This document shows positions 43,343 to 54,068 of a DNA stretch of 56,383 nucleotides, piece by piece. The stretch is from positions 1-56,383 of the forward strand of contig DATHND010000088.1 in assembly GCA_035486335.1 (NCBI GenBank), in the 5' to 3' direction. Below the pieces are notes generated by a model. That model saw only the letters and a program-made list of their open reading frames with translations. It made no database searches and was not told where the DNA came from. Each line of letters opens with the position of its first letter. Within the stretch, counting starts at the first letter, position 1. The DNA comes from Solirubrobacteraceae bacterium. Lineage in GTDB: Bacteria; Actinomycetota; Thermoleophilia; Solirubrobacterales; Solirubrobacteraceae. The translations under genes and the position numbers were made by a program.

Positions 43343-44488
43343 ATGGGCGACGAGCGGATCGACTTCGCCGCGGAGGGCCTGTTGGACGGGTTGGAGGGCG
43401 CGGCGCGCGCCGATCGACTGGCGCTGCTCGAACAGCTCGCCGACGAAGGCATCCCGCTGAGCGAGCTGCGACGCACGACGGCGACGGGCACGATCGTGCT
43501 GCTGCCGGCCGATCGCGTGATCGGCGGCGGTGAGCGCTACACGGCCGAGCAGGTCGCCGAGCTGAGCGGCGTCGAGCTCGACTTCCTCGTCGCGGCGCGG
43601 CGCGCGATGGGGCTGCCGACGCCCGAGCCCCACGAGGCCGCCTACACCGAGGCCGAGGTAGAGGCGGCCAAGCGGATCGTGCTGGGTCGCGAAGCGGGCA
43701 TCTCCGACGAGGAGATCCTCGACCTGCTGCGCGTGCTCGGCCGCGGGCTCTCGCAGGCGGCGCAAAGCCTGCGCGCGATGCCGCTGAAACTCGTGCTCGA
43801 ACCGGGGATCAGCGAGCGCGAGCTCGCCAGCCGCTACGGCGAGGCCGCCGCGCAGCTCTACCCGCTGGTCGACCCGATGGTCAGCAACGTGCTCGCGCTG
43901 CACCTGCGAAACGCGACCGAGAGCGAGGCGATCTCGACGATCGAGCGGATCGACGGCCAGCTGCCGGGCTCGCGCGAGGTCGTGATCGGCTTCGCCGACC
44001 TCGTCGGCTTCACGCGTCTGGGCGAGGAAGTGCCGCCGGACGAGCTCGGGCGTCTGGCGGTGCGTCTGGAAGCGCTCGCGGGCGACGTCGCCGAGCCGCC
44101 GGTGCGGCTCGTCAAGACGATCGGCGACGCGGCGATGCTCGCCTCGCCCGAGCCCGAGCCGCTGCTCGGCGCGGCGCTCGACCTGATCGAGGCGGCCGAC
44201 GGCGAGGGCGAGGAGTTCCCGCAGTTGCGCGCCGGTGCGGCGCTCGGACAGGCGCTGCCGCGCGCCGGCGACTGGTACGGGCGGCCCGTCAACCTCGCCA
44301 GCCGGATCACCGCGATCGCACGACCGGGCAGCCTGCTGGTCGAGCGCGAGCTGCACGAGAGCGTCGCGGGCGAAGAGCGCGCCGAGGCCGCCTACCGCTG
44401 GTCGTTCGCCGGCGAGCGCCGGCTGAAGGGGATCCGCGGCGCGGTGCCGCTGTTTCGCGCGCGCCGCGCTGCGCCGGCCGGCGAATAA
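43343..44488 (+). CDS. Class III adenylate cyclase with N-terminal regulatory domain (Rv1264-like)
   Basis: FADLVGFT, VKTIGD, GDWYGRPVNLASR (K/D ATP-specifying and N/R catalytic residues intact). Confidence 0.9.
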   Translation: MGDERIDFAAEGLLDGLEGAARADRLALLEQLADEGIPLSELRRTTATGTIVLLPADRVIGGGERYTAEQVAELSGVELDFLVAARRAMGLPTPEPHEAAYTEAEVEAAKRIVLGREAGISDEEILDLLRVLGRGLSQAAQSLRAMPLKLVLEPGISERELASRYGEAAAQLYPLVDPMVSNVLALHLRNATESEAISTIERIDGQLPGSREVVIGFADLVGFTRLGEEVPPDELGRLAVRLEALAGDVAEPPVRLVKTIGDAAMLASPEPEPLLGAALDLIEAADGEGEEFPQLRAGAALGQALPRAGDWYGRPVNLASRITAIARPGSLLVERELHESVAGEERAEAAYRWSFAGERRLKGIRGAVPLFRARRAAPAGE

Positions 44489-44503
44489 GGCGTTAGCCCG
44501 GCC

Positions 44504-45253
44504 TCAGCCGGCGACCCGCTCCAGCACCTCCGCAGGCGCGTCGAAGTTGGCGTGCACGGCGTCGACGTCGTCGCTCTCTTCGAGCGCGTCGATCAGCCGC
44601 ATCAAAGTGCCGACCTCGCTCTCGCCGATCGGCACAAGGCTGGAGGGGCGATAGGCCATCTCGACGCTCTCGAGCTCGACGCCGGCGGCCTCGAGCGCGT
44701 CGCGCACGGCGGCGAACTGGGCCGGCTCGGAGACGACCTCGAAGACATCGCCGTCGACGGCGATGTCCTCGGCGCCCGCCTCGACGGCCGCCAGCAGGTC
44801 ATCTTCGGAGTAGCGCGTCGCGTCGAGCACGATCGTGCCCTTCTTGTCGAACAGGTACGCGACCGAGCCGGGCTCGCCGAGGCTGCCGCCGTTCTTCGTG
44901 AACGCGTGCCTGACCTCGGCGCCGGTGCGGTTGCGGTTGTCGGTGAACGCCTCGATCAACAGCGCGACGCCGCCGGGACCATAGCCCTCGTAGAGGACCG
45001 ACTCGATCGCGTCGGCCTCGCCGCCCTCGCCGGTGCCCTTGGCGATCGCGCGTTCGACGTTGTCCTTCGGCATCGACGCTTCTTTGGCCTTGCGGATCGC
45101 GAGGTCGAGCGCCGGATTGCCGACCGGGTCGCCGCCGCCGTCGCGCGCCGCGACCATGATCGCGCGGGTCAGCTTCGAGAAGTGCTTGCCGCGCCGCGAG
45201 TCGACGATCGCCTTCTTGTGCTTGATGCTCGCCCACTTGGAGTGTCCTGACAT
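44504..45253 (-). CDS. yebC: YebC/PmpR family protein
   Basis: MSGHSKWASIKHKK, YEGYGPGG, TDNRNRT. Confidence 0.96.
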   Translation of the reverse strand: MSGHSKWASIKHKKAIVDSRRGKHFSKLTRAIMVAARDGGGDPVGNPALDLAIRKAKEASMPKDNVERAIAKGTGEGGEADAIESVLYEGYGPGGVALLIEAFTDNRNRTGAEVRHAFTKNGGSLGEPGSVAYLFDKKGTIVLDATRYSEDDLLAAVEAGAEDIAVDGDVFEVVSEPAQFAAVRDALEAAGVELESVEMAYRPSSLVPIGESEVGTLMRLIDALEESDDVDAVHANFDAPAEVLERVAG

Positions 45254-45359
45254 GTCCTTCATTTTAGGAGTCCGACGCGCACGGGGCCGCGTGGCGCCCG
45301 CCGCGGCCGGCGCCACGCGAAGGCGTAGAGCCACTCCGTCGCCCCGTAGGATGCGGTCC

Positions 45360-46754
45360 GTGAGCGCCTCCGTGCCAGCCGAGATCTTCAAGGCGTACGA
45401 CATCCGCGGCATCTACGGCGAGCAGATCGACGGCGATGTCGCCGAGCGGATCGGGCGCGCGTTCGCGTACGTGCTGGCGGAGCTCCAGGGCAAGCCGGCG
45501 GGCGATCTGCGCGTCGGCCTCGGGCGCGACATGCGCCTGTCGGCGCCCGAGCTGGCGGCGCGCTACCGCGACGGGCTCCTGAGCGCGGGCGCGAACGTGC
45601 TCGACGCCGGTCAGGTCGGCAGCGAGATGCTCTACTTCCTCGTCGGCTCGCGCGGGCTCGACGGCGGGCTGATGTGCACGGCGTCGCACAACCCGAAGGC
45701 ATACACCGGCGCGAAGCTCGTGCGCGAGGGCGCGATCGCGCTGTCGGGCGACTCCGGCATCGATGACGTCCGGCGCCGCGTCGAAGCCGAAGATCCCGCG
45801 AGCGCGGAGAGCGTCCCGCGCGGGACGCTCGAGCTCGTCGACGTCTGGGAGGAGTTCCAGGCGGCGGCATTGAGCTTCATCGACCCGGACGTCGTCGGCT
45901 CGATCGCGAGACCGCTGACGGTCGTCGTCGACGGCGGCAACGGGATGGCCGGGCCGATGGTGGGACCGCTGCTCGAGCGCCTCGGGCTCGAGCTGATCGA
46001 GACGTATTGGACGCCGGACGGCAACTTCCCCGACCACGAGCCGAACCCGCTGCTGCCGGAGAACCGCGCGCTGATCATCGAGCGCGTGCGCGAGACCGGC
46101 GCCGACCTCGGGATCGCGTGGGACGGCGACGCCGACCGCTGCTTCTTCATCGACGAGACGGGCGCGTTCGTCGACGGCGACTTCCTCACCGCGCTGCTCG
46201 CCGAGTCGCTGCTGCGCAGGAATCCCGGCGAGGCGATCCTGTACGACGTGCGCGCCTCGTGGGCGGTGCCCGACACGGTCAAGCGCGCCGGCGGCACGCC
46301 GTATATCAACCGCGTCGGCCACGCCTTCTTCAAGACGCGGATGCACAAGGAGGGCTCGCTGTTCGGCGGCGAGGTCTCGGGGCACTACTACTTCCGCGAC
46401 TTCTACTGCGCCGACTCGGGCACGATCCCGGCGCTGCTCGTGCTCGAGCTGCTTGCGCGGGAAGAGAAGTCGATGTCGCAGCTGCTCGCGCCGTATCACG
46501 AGCGCTACTTCATCTCAGGCGAGGTCAACTCGGAGGTCGCCGACGCCGACGCGAAGATCGAGGAGATCGCGGCGCGCTACGCCGACGCGCGCCAGGAACG
46601 CCTCGACGGGATCTCGATCTACTACGAGGACTGGCACTTCAACGTGCGCTCGTCGAACACCGAGCCGCTGCTGCGCCTGTGCCTGGAGTCGCTCGTCTCG
46701 CGCGAGGACATGGAGCGGCGGCGCGACGAGGTGCTGGCGCTGATTCGCTCGTGA
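45360..46754 (+). CDS. Phosphomannomutase/phosphoglucomutase
   Basis: FKAYDIRG, TASHNP, DGDADR, GEVSGH, RSSNTEP; GTG 7 nt after TAGGAT. Confidence 0.95.
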   Translation: MSASVPAEIFKAYDIRGIYGEQIDGDVAERIGRAFAYVLAELQGKPAGDLRVGLGRDMRLSAPELAARYRDGLLSAGANVLDAGQVGSEMLYFLVGSRGLDGGLMCTASHNPKAYTGAKLVREGAIALSGDSGIDDVRRRVEAEDPASAESVPRGTLELVDVWEEFQAAALSFIDPDVVGSIARPLTVVVDGGNGMAGPMVGPLLERLGLELIETYWTPDGNFPDHEPNPLLPENRALIIERVRETGADLGIAWDGDADRCFFIDETGAFVDGDFLTALLAESLLRRNPGEAILYDVRASWAVPDTVKRAGGTPYINRVGHAFFKTRMHKEGSLFGGEVSGHYYFRDFYCADSGTIPALLVLELLAREEKSMSQLLAPYHERYFISGEVNSEVADADAKIEEIAARYADARQERLDGISIYYEDWHFNVRSSNTEPLLRLCLESLVSREDMERRRDEVLALIRS

Positions 46755-46764
46755 GGGCGACGCC

Positions 46765-47787
46765 GTGAGCGAGGAGGACGAGCGCGCCGCGGACGACCCG
46801 CGCGGGGCGGCCGAGGCTGGCATCCACCGCCTGGCGATCCCGACGCCGTTCATGGTCGGGCGCGTCAACGCGTATCTGATCGAGGACTCGCCGCTGACGC
46901 TGATCGACTCGGGGCCGAACTCGGCGAAGGCGCTCGACGAGCTCGAGCAGCAACTGCGCGAGCTCGGCCACGCGATCGAGGACGTCGAGCTGCTGATCGT
47001 CAGCCATCAGCACATCGACCACTTCGGCCTCGCGTCGATCCTCGCGCGGCGCTCGGGCGCGGAGGTCGCGGCGCTCGAGCAGCTCGCGCCATTCCTCGCG
47101 AGCTACGGCAAGGAAAGCGACCTCGATGACGCGTTCGCACAGGAGCTGATGCTGCGCCACGGGATCCCGGCCGACGTCGTCACGGCGCTGCGCGCCGTCT
47201 CGGCGAGCTTTCGCGGATGGGGCGCGCCGGTGCAGGTCACGCGAGCGCTCGCGCCGGGCGAGCAGATCGCGCTGCGCGACCGCACGCTGCAAGTGCTGCA
47301 CCGGCCTGGGCACAGCCCGTCGGACACGGTCTTCCTCGACGAGCCCCGCTCGATCTTGCTCGCGGCGGACCACTTGATCGCGCATATCTCCTCAAACCCG
47401 CTGCTCGCGCGGCCACTCGGCGGCAGCACCGACTCCACGAACGCACGACCGAAAGCACTGCTCGCGTACATGGAGTCGCTCGAACGGACGCGCGCGATGG
47501 ACCTCTCGCTCGTGCTGCCGGGGCACGGCGCGCCGATCTCCGACCACGTCGCGCTGATCGACGAACGCTTTCGCATGCATCGGCGGCGCGCGGAGAAGAT
47601 CAACCGCCTGATCGCGGGCGGGCCGCGCACAGCGCACGAGATCGCGCAGGAGCTGTGGGGAAACGTCGCCGTGACGCAGGCGTTCCTGACGCTGTCGGAG
47701 GTGCTCGGGCACGTCGATTTGCTGCTGGCCGACGGGCGAATCGCCGAACAGGAGCGCGACGGCGTCGTGCACTTCGTCAGCAGCTGA
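46765..47787 (+). CDS. MBL-fold metallo-hydrolase with C-terminal helical domain
   Basis: VNAYLIE, SHQHIDHFG, PGHSP, LPGHG. Confidence 0.9.
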   Translation: MSEEDERAADDPRGAAEAGIHRLAIPTPFMVGRVNAYLIEDSPLTLIDSGPNSAKALDELEQQLRELGHAIEDVELLIVSHQHIDHFGLASILARRSGAEVAALEQLAPFLASYGKESDLDDAFAQELMLRHGIPADVVTALRAVSASFRGWGAPVQVTRALAPGEQIALRDRTLQVLHRPGHSPSDTVFLDEPRSILLAADHLIAHISSNPLLARPLGGSTDSTNARPKALLAYMESLERTRAMDLSLVLPGHGAPISDHVALIDERFRMHRRRAEKINRLIAGGPRTAHEIAQELWGNVAVTQAFLTLSEVLGHVDLLLADGRIAEQERDGVVHFVSS

Positions 47788-47841
47788 CGGCGCCGGGCGT
47801 TTCGCGCCGTTCCTTGGCGCCGCGTCCGCGCCGCGCTCCGC

Positions 47842-48297
47842 TTACCGCTCGGCGCTCTGGCGCTCGATCTCGCGCAGGTGAGCGACGTTCTCGCGGTCGC
47901 CGCGCTCGTCGCTCGGCGGCGTCGCAAACCACGCGTCGAGGATCTCGCCGAGCTCGGCGCACGAGGTGCTGCGGAGGCTCAGCGCGAGCGCGTTCGCGTC
48001 GTTCCAGCGTCGCGCGCCGGCGGCGCTCTGAGCATCGAGGCACAGCGCGGCGCGCACCGAGACGACCTTGTTCGCGGCGATCGACGCGCCGGTGCCAGTC
48101 CAGCAGCAGATGATCGCCTGCTCGGCGCGGCCGGCGGCGACGTCGCGCGCGGCAGCCTCGGCGGCCCACGCCCAATCGTCGCGCTCGCCGTCGCATAGCG
48201 CGCCGTGCGCGACGGTGTCATGGCCGCGGCGCTCGAGCTCGCTGGCAAGCTCGGCGGCGACGCCAGTCAGCTCGTCGGCGGCGATCGAGATGCGCAC
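47842..48297 (-). CDS. RpiB/LacA/LacB family sugar-phosphate isomerase
   Basis: CCWTGTGASIAANKV..RAALC..ARRWNDANALAL. Confidence 0.9.
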   Translation of the reverse strand: MRISIAADELTGVAAELASELERRGHDTVAHGALCDGERDDWAWAAEAAARDVAAGRAEQAIICCWTGTGASIAANKVVSVRAALCLDAQSAAGARRWNDANALALSLRSTSCAELGEILDAWFATPPSDERGDRENVAHLREIERQSAER

Positions 48298-48396
48298 GCG
48301 CGCGAGTATGCCGGTCTGCGCGCCGCGCCGCGGCGAGCGCGCGCGTCCGCCCCCGGCGTACGCGTCGCGGTAGTCAATGATTGGATTCCGTCTTGA

Positions 48397-49260
48397 ATGA
48401 GCACGCTCGAACGCGATCCCCCGGGAACGCAGCCGCCGCGGCGGCTCCGTCCGCGGTTGCACTGGGAGCTCGTCGTCTGCAGCATGCGCGGACACGAGCT
48501 CGTCGGCACCGACGCGGCGGAGCTGCGCGGCGAGGATGCGATCTTCGCGCGCGAGGACGCGCACGGCGCGCGCTGGTACCGATGCCTGCGCTGCGACAGT
48601 TGGCTGCCGCTGGCGGCGCCGGAGCGCCCGGCACGGCGCGATCCGCCGGCGCGCGAGGAGATCGAGCTGCCGCTGCGGGGCAAGCCGCTGCGGGACAAGG
48701 TCGTGCTGCGCCTGATCGCGATCGACCGCGCGTTTCACTTCATCGTGCTCGTCGGGCTTGGCCTGCTCGTGCTGCTGTTCGCCGCCGATCGGCGAACGTT
48801 GCGCCACACCTTCTACAAGGTCATCGCCGACCTGCAAGGCGGCGTCGCGGCGAGCCAGACGCACACGCACGGGTTCTGGCGTGACCTCGACCTGGCGTTC
48901 ACGACGTCCTCGTCGCACCTGCATCTCGTCGGCGCCGTGCTGCTCGCCTATGGCGCGGTCGAGGGGATCGAGGCGGTCGGTCTGTGGTATCAGCGTCGCT
49001 GGGCCGAGTACCTGACGTTCCTCGTGACCACGTCGCTGCTGCCGCTGGAGGTATATGAGCTCGCCAATCGCGCGACCGTGTTCAAGGCGATCGCGTTCGT
49101 CATCAACGTGATCGTCGTCGTCTACCTGCTGCGCGCCAAGCGCCTGTTCGGCCTGCGCGGCGGGACCGCCGCGGAACGCGCCGAGGACGCGCTCGACCAG
49201 GGCTGGGAGGCGCTCGAACGCAGCGCGCCGCCGGGCACGGCCGTCGGCGTCACTCGCTGA
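48397..49260 (+). CDS. DUF2127-family membrane protein with N-terminal Cys/His domain
   Basis: EAVGLWYQRRWAEYLTFLVTTSLLPLEVYEL..INVIVVVYL; N-terminal CSMRGH..RCLRC. Confidence 0.8.
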   Translation: MSTLERDPPGTQPPRRLRPRLHWELVVCSMRGHELVGTDAAELRGEDAIFAREDAHGARWYRCLRCDSWLPLAAPERPARRDPPAREEIELPLRGKPLRDKVVLRLIAIDRAFHFIVLVGLGLLVLLFAADRRTLRHTFYKVIADLQGGVAASQTHTHGFWRDLDLAFTTSSSHLHLVGAVLLAYGAVEGIEAVGLWYQRRWAEYLTFLVTTSLLPLEVYELANRATVFKAIAFVINVIVVVYLLRAKRLFGLRGGTAAERAEDALDQGWEALERSAPPGTAVGVTR

Positions 49261-49879
49261 CACTCTCCCCCGTCGACTCCGGCGTCACCCAGCTGACGCC
49301 AGCGGCGGCGAGCTCGCGCGCCCAGTCGAGCAGCAGCTCGTGCAGGCGGTCGTCGCCGGCGATCTCGCTGTGGAACGCGACCGCGAGCATCCGACCCTCG
49401 CGCGCCGCGACCGGGTGGCCGTCGAGATCGGCGAGGACCTCGACGTCGGGGCCATGCTCGGCGATCCACGGGGCGCGGATGAAGATCGCCCGCATCGGGC
49501 CGCCGGACACGCCGGCGAGCTCGAGGTCGGCCTCGAAGCTGCGCACCTGGCGCCCGAACGCGTTGCGCTCGGCGCGAATGTCCATCAGCCCGAGGTGCTC
49601 GTGGTCGAGCATGATCAGCCCGGCGCACGAGCCGAACACGGGAAGCCCCTCGCGCACGAGCGCGGCGATCGGCTCGGCGAGGCCCTCGCGCTCGACGCCG
49701 AGCGTGATCGTCGTCGACTCGCCGCCGGGGATCACGAGCCCGGCGAGGCCGTCGAGGTCGGCGACGACGCGGACCTCGCGCACGCGCGCGCCGAGCCGTG
49801 CGAGCACCCGTCCGTGCGCCTCGAAGTCGCCCTGCAATGCGAGAACGCCGATCAGTGGCGGTGCGTCGCTACCACCCAC
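49250..49879 (-). CDS. pdxT: PLP synthase glutaminase subunit
   Basis: [43 protein letters not shown]; note FHSE instead of FHPE. Confidence 0.95.
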   Translation of the reverse strand: MGGSDAPPLIGVLALQGDFEAHGRVLARLGARVREVRVVADLDGLAGLVIPGGESTTITLGVEREGLAEPIAALVREGLPVFGSCAGLIMLDHEHLGLMDIRAERNAFGRQVRSFEADLELAGVSGGPMRAIFIRAPWIAEHGPDVEVLADLDGHPVAAREGRMLAVAFHSEIAGDDRLHELLLDWARELAAAGVSWVTPESTGESVSE

Positions 49880-50753
49880 GCTGGGCAAGGAGCTGCTCGC
49901 CCTCGAGCTTCGCGCTCTCGAGGCTCTCCATCGCGACGCCGAGGCCGCGCGAGGCGGCGGCGACGCGCTCGGGGTCCTGCCAGTGGGTCGTCGCCTCGAC
50001 GATCGCGCGTGCGCGCGTCGGCGGGTCCTCGGACTTGAAGATGCCCGAGCCGACGAACACGCCTTCGGCGCCGAGCGCCATCATCAGCGCGGCGTCGGCC
50101 GGCGTCGCGATGCCACCGGCGCAGAACAGCACGACCGGCAGCTTGCCCTCGCTCGCAACCTGACGAACGATGTCCAGCGGTGCCTGCAGCTCCTTCGCGG
50201 CGGTCGCGAGCTCGGAGTCTTCGAGCATCGTCAAGCGACGGATCTCGCCGTTGATCTGGCGCATGTGACGCACGGCCTCGACGATGTCGCCCGTGCCGGC
50301 CTCGCCCTTGGAGCGGATCATCGCGGCTCCCTCGCCGATCCGCCGCAGCGCCTCGCCGAGGTTCGTCGCGCCGCACACGAACGGCGCCTTGAACGCCCAC
50401 TTGTCGATGTGGTTCGACTCGTCGGCCGGCGTCAGCACCTCCGACTCGTCGACGTAGTCGACTTCGAGCGCCTGCAGCACCTGCGCCTCGACGAAGTGCC
50501 CGATCCGCGCCTTCGCCATCACCGGGATGCTGACCGCCTCCTGGATCGCGCCGATCATCTCCGGGTCGGACATCCGCGCGACGCCGCCGTCGCGGCGGAT
50601 GTCGGCCGGGACGCGCTCTAGCGCCATCACGGCGGCGGCGCCCGCCTGCTCGGCGATCGTCGCCTGCGCGGGCGTGACGACGTCCATGATCACGCCGCCC
50701 TTCAGCATCTCGGCCAGGCCGGTCTTGACTCGGAAGGTCGCCTCGTCGCGCAT
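49869..50753 (-). CDS. pdxS: PLP synthase lyase subunit
   Basis: [39 protein letters not shown]. Confidence 0.98.
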   Translation of the reverse strand: MRDEATFRVKTGLAEMLKGGVIMDVVTPAQATIAEQAGAAAVMALERVPADIRRDGGVARMSDPEMIGAIQEAVSIPVMAKARIGHFVEAQVLQALEVDYVDESEVLTPADESNHIDKWAFKAPFVCGATNLGEALRRIGEGAAMIRSKGEAGTGDIVEAVRHMRQINGEIRRLTMLEDSELATAAKELQAPLDIVRQVASEGKLPVVLFCAGGIATPADAALMMALGAEGVFVGSGIFKSEDPPTRARAIVEATTHWQDPERVAAASRGLGVAMESLESAKLEGEQLLAQRGW

Positions 50754-50911
50754 CGGAGAGGAGTTTATCCGGGCGGGCAGGTTCCCCTGTGACCGGCATC
50801 CGGCCTTCTAGTCGAGCCGGCCTCCGCTCCTGAGTACAACTTGGTGAACGCTCCGGCCGCCACGACCGTTACATGGCCGGCCATCCGGGCCGGCTGTGGC
50901 ACTGACTCCGC

Positions 50912-51805
50912 CTACTTCAGGCGAAACGCCTTGATGCGGTCGTCGTACTGCGCCGAGTCCTGCGCGTAGACGCCATACGCGAGCGCCTGGATCAGGCTCA
51001 AGAGCGCCGTGTGCGAGCGCACGTACGCAGGGCTGTTCGAGGAGTAGTACAGCTTGATCTGCGCGAGCTTCGCGACCTCCGAGAGCGTCGCATCGGTGAT
51101 CGCCGCCGTCTGCGCCTTGCGGTGGCGCGCGAGCTTCATCGCGCGCACGACGAGCGGATGCGGGCGCCCGGCCGACAGGCCGATCACGAGCGTCCCCGCT
51201 TCGATCCGCCCAAGGCGGCTGAGCGCCTCCTGCGACGGGCTCGCGACGACGTCGACGCGCAGGTCGAGCAGCATCAGCAGGTGGCGCAGATAGCTCGCGA
51301 AGAACGCCATCTGATCGGTCCCCGCGACGAGCACCTTCTCAGCCGAGACGATCGCGCCGATCAGTGCCTCGACCTCGCTGCGCGAGACCTTGCGCGCGGT
51401 CTCCTCGACGTTCAGGTGATCGGCGGCGAGCGCCGTCTCGAACTCGTTCTGGTCGAGCGAGAACAGCGGCGCCGAAGAGCTCGGCGCGTTCGCGTCGGCC
51501 GCCTTCGCGTGCACGCGGCGGTATTCCTCGCGCGCGGCGGCCTGCAGCTCGGGAAATCCCTCGAAGCCGAGCGCCTGTGAGAAACGCACGACCGTCGAGC
51601 TCGACGTGTTCGCGCGCCGCGCCAGCTCCTCCGCGGTCTGGAAGGCGGCCTCGTCGAGGTGGTCGACGATGTACTGCGCGACGTCCTTCTGCGAGCGCGA
51701 GCACTCCTCGAAGCGCGCGCGGATGTACTTCGACAGGCTCTGATGCTCGCTCGTGCCGCCGACCGGCGGCTGGCGATCACTCGTGGGAGTCGCGACGCGC
51801 TTCAT
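50912..51805 (-). CDS. MurR/RpiR family transcriptional regulator
   Basis: SRSQKDVAQYI..ELARRANTSSSTVVRFSQALGFEGFPELQ HTH followed by SIS-like domain. Confidence 0.92.
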   Translation of the reverse strand: MKRVATPTSDRQPPVGGTSEHQSLSKYIRARFEECSRSQKDVAQYIVDHLDEAAFQTAEELARRANTSSSTVVRFSQALGFEGFPELQAAAREEYRRVHAKAADANAPSSSAPLFSLDQNEFETALAADHLNVEETARKVSRSEVEALIGAIVSAEKVLVAGTDQMAFFASYLRHLLMLLDLRVDVVASPSQEALSRLGRIEAGTLVIGLSAGRPHPLVVRAMKLARHRKAQTAAITDATLSEVAKLAQIKLYYSSNSPAYVRSHTALLSLIQALAYGVYAQDSAQYDDRIKAFRLK

Positions 51806-51894
51806 CGGCGCACTTGTTCGACGTGTCCGCCTCGCACTCCTGCCAAGCCAGCTCACGAGCGCGGCGCGAGGAGCTCGCGGCGAGGCCCGTCGAC

Positions 51895-51920
51895 TGATCC
51901 GCCACACGGCGCGCGGCGTA
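51895..51920 (+). promoter_or_regulatory. Putative ECF sigma promoter (RpoE/ChrR or SigK type)
   Basis: TGATCC-N15-GCGTA, 43 nt upstream of the oxidoreductase ATG. Confidence 0.7.
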
Positions 51921-51963
51921 CAGTCACACACGAGATGCAACCCGCGCACGACAGCCCGGCGAG

Positions 51964-53208
51964 ATGAGGATCGCGATCGTCGGCGCCGGCGTCTCGGGCC
52001 TCGTCGCGGCGCATCTGCTGCATCGCGAGCACGAGCTCGTCGTCTACGAGGCGGCCTCCTACGCGGGCGGCCACACGAACACGATTCGCGTCGACACCGC
52101 GTACGAGACGCACCAAGTCGACACGGGCTTCATCGTGATGAACGACCGCAACTACCCGACGTTCACACGCCTGCTCGACCGCCTCGGCGTCGCGCGCCAG
52201 CCAACGCACATGAGCTTCTCGGTCAAGGGCGAGGAGCACGACTTCGAGTACAGCGGCACCCCGCGCGGCCTGTTCTGCCAGCCACGTAACGTCGCCAGCC
52301 TGCCCTTTCAGCGGATGATTCTCGATCTGCTGCGCTTCAACCGCGCGCTGCGGCGCCTGCTCGAGGGCGAGGAGAGCGGCGAGTCGATGCAGGACTTCCT
52401 CTCGCGCCACCGCTTCTCGCGCGCGTTCATCGAACGGCTGATCGTGCCGCAGCTGTCGGCCGTGTGGTCGGCGGACCCGCGCGAGGCCGGCTCGTTCCCG
52501 GCGCGCTTCATCGCCGAGTTCTTCGCCAACCACGGGATGCTCGGCTTCCGCGACCGTCCGCGCTGGTCGACCGTCGCCGGCGGCTCGGCGCGCTACGTCG
52601 AAGCGCTGACCGAGCCGTTCAGCGACCGCATCCGCCTCGGCGCCCCCGTCAGCTCGATCACGCGCGGCGAGGGCGCCGTCGAGGTGATCGCGGCCGGCGC
52701 CGGCGCCGAGTCCTACGACCACGTGATCATCGCGACGCACTCCGATCAGGCGCTGCGGCTGCTGCGCGACCCCTCCGACCGCGAGCGCGAGCTGCTTGGC
52801 GCGATTCGCTACCAGCCGAACGAGGCCGTGCTGCACACCGACGCGAGCCTGTTGCCGCGTCGGCGCTGGGCGCGCTCGGCGTGGAACTTCCACCTGCTGC
52901 GCGAACCGAAGCCGCTGAGCACGGTCACGTACTACATGAACCACCTCCAGCGTCTGCGCGCCGAGGTCGACTTCTGTGTCACGCTCAACCGCACCGAGGC
53001 GATCGACCCGACGAAGGTGATCCGCACGATCCCCTACTCGCACCCGATCTACACGCCGCGCGGCGTCGCCGCGCAGGCCGAGCACGCATCGATCAGCGGC
53101 CTGGAGACGCGAACGCACTACTGCGGCGCGTATTGGGGCTGGGGCTTTCACGAGGACGGTGTGCTCAGCGCCGTGCGCGCATGCCGCCCGTTCGGGGTAA
53201 GCCTGTGA
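51964..53208 (+). CDS. FAD-dependent oxidoreductase (amine-oxidase-like; UfaD/Rv0449c-like)
   Basis: GAGVSG, GGHTNT, VDTGFIVMNDRNYP, FFANHG, AWNF, GAYWGWGFHEDG. Confidence 0.9.
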   Translation: MRIAIVGAGVSGLVAAHLLHREHELVVYEAASYAGGHTNTIRVDTAYETHQVDTGFIVMNDRNYPTFTRLLDRLGVARQPTHMSFSVKGEEHDFEYSGTPRGLFCQPRNVASLPFQRMILDLLRFNRALRRLLEGEESGESMQDFLSRHRFSRAFIERLIVPQLSAVWSADPREAGSFPARFIAEFFANHGMLGFRDRPRWSTVAGGSARYVEALTEPFSDRIRLGAPVSSITRGEGAVEVIAAGAGAESYDHVIIATHSDQALRLLRDPSDRERELLGAIRYQPNEAVLHTDASLLPRRRWARSAWNFHLLREPKPLSTVTYYMNHLQRLRAEVDFCVTLNRTEAIDPTKVIRTIPYSHPIYTPRGVAAQAEHASISGLETRTHYCGAYWGWGFHEDGVLSAVRACRPFGVSL

Positions 53209-54068
53209 GCGCCGCCGCGCCGGAGCGCGAGCACGACGCGACGGCGAGCGTCGGCGCGTCGACGCAGGCGCGAAGCGGGCTTGCGTCGTGTCTGTATGAG
53301 GGGTCCGTCCGCCACCGCCGCTTCGACGCGCCGGAGGACGAGCTGCGCTACCCGCTGTTCATGGCCTACCTCGACCTCGACGAGCTGCCGGAGCTGTTCG
53401 ACGGGCGCCTGCTGTGGTCCGCGCGCGGCCCGGCGCTTGCGTGGTTTCGCCGCGCCGACCACCTCGGCGACGCGCGCACGTCGCTACGCGAGTCGGTGCG
53501 CGCGCTCGTCGCCGAGCGCACCGGCGTCGCGCTGGACGGGCCGATCCGGCTGCTGACACACCTGCGCTACGCCGGGCACTGCTTCAACCCGGTCAGCTTC
53601 CACTACTGCTTCGACGCCGCCGGCGAGCGCGTCCGCGCGGTCGTCGCGCACGTGACGAACACGCCGTGGGGTGAATCGCACTCCTACGTGCTGCTCGCCG
53701 CCCAGCGCGATGACGGGCGTGCGCCGCTCGTGATGCACGGACGCTTCGCCAAGGCGCTGCACGTCTCGCCGCTGATGGGCATGGAGCACATCTACGACTG
53801 GCGCCTGAGCGCGCCCGGCGAGACGCTCTCCGTGCAGATCGACTCGACGCACGCCCGCGGCGAGCGCGTGTTCGACGCGACGCTCGCGCTGCGCCGTCGC
53901 GAGCTGAGCGCGCGCGAGCTGCGTCGCGCGCTCGTGCGCTATCCGCTGCTGACGCTGCGCCTAACCGCGCGGATCTACGTGCACGCGCTGCGCCAGCGCA
54001 CGCGCGGCGCGCGCTGGCACGCGCACCCGCGATGCACGAGCGCCGACGGCGAGGGGCGCTTTCGATGA
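53205..54068 (+). CDS. DUF1365 family protein (UfaO/Rv0448c-like)
   Basis: YEGSVRHRR, FNPVSFHYC, VTNTPWGESHSY, KALHVSPLM; GTGA overlap. Confidence 0.9.
   Translation: MSAAAPEREHDATASVGASTQARSGLASCLYEGSVRHRRFDAPEDELRYPLFMAYLDLDELPELFDGRLLWSARGPALAWFRRADHLGDARTSLRESVRALVAERTGVALDGPIRLLTHLRYAGHCFNPVSFHYCFDAAGERVRAVVAHVTNTPWGESHSYVLLAAQRDDGRAPLVMHGRFAKALHVSPLMGMEHIYDWRLSAPGETLSVQIDSTHARGERVFDATLALRRRELSARELRRALVRYPLLTLRLTARIYVHALRQRTRGARWHAHPRCTSADGEGRFR

Noticed and set aside
50764-50911. Possible 39-aa ORF or ncRNA between the RpiR gene and pdxS
   Set aside because: No recognisable motif or RBS; only GC-rich hairpins expected by chance or as a terminator.
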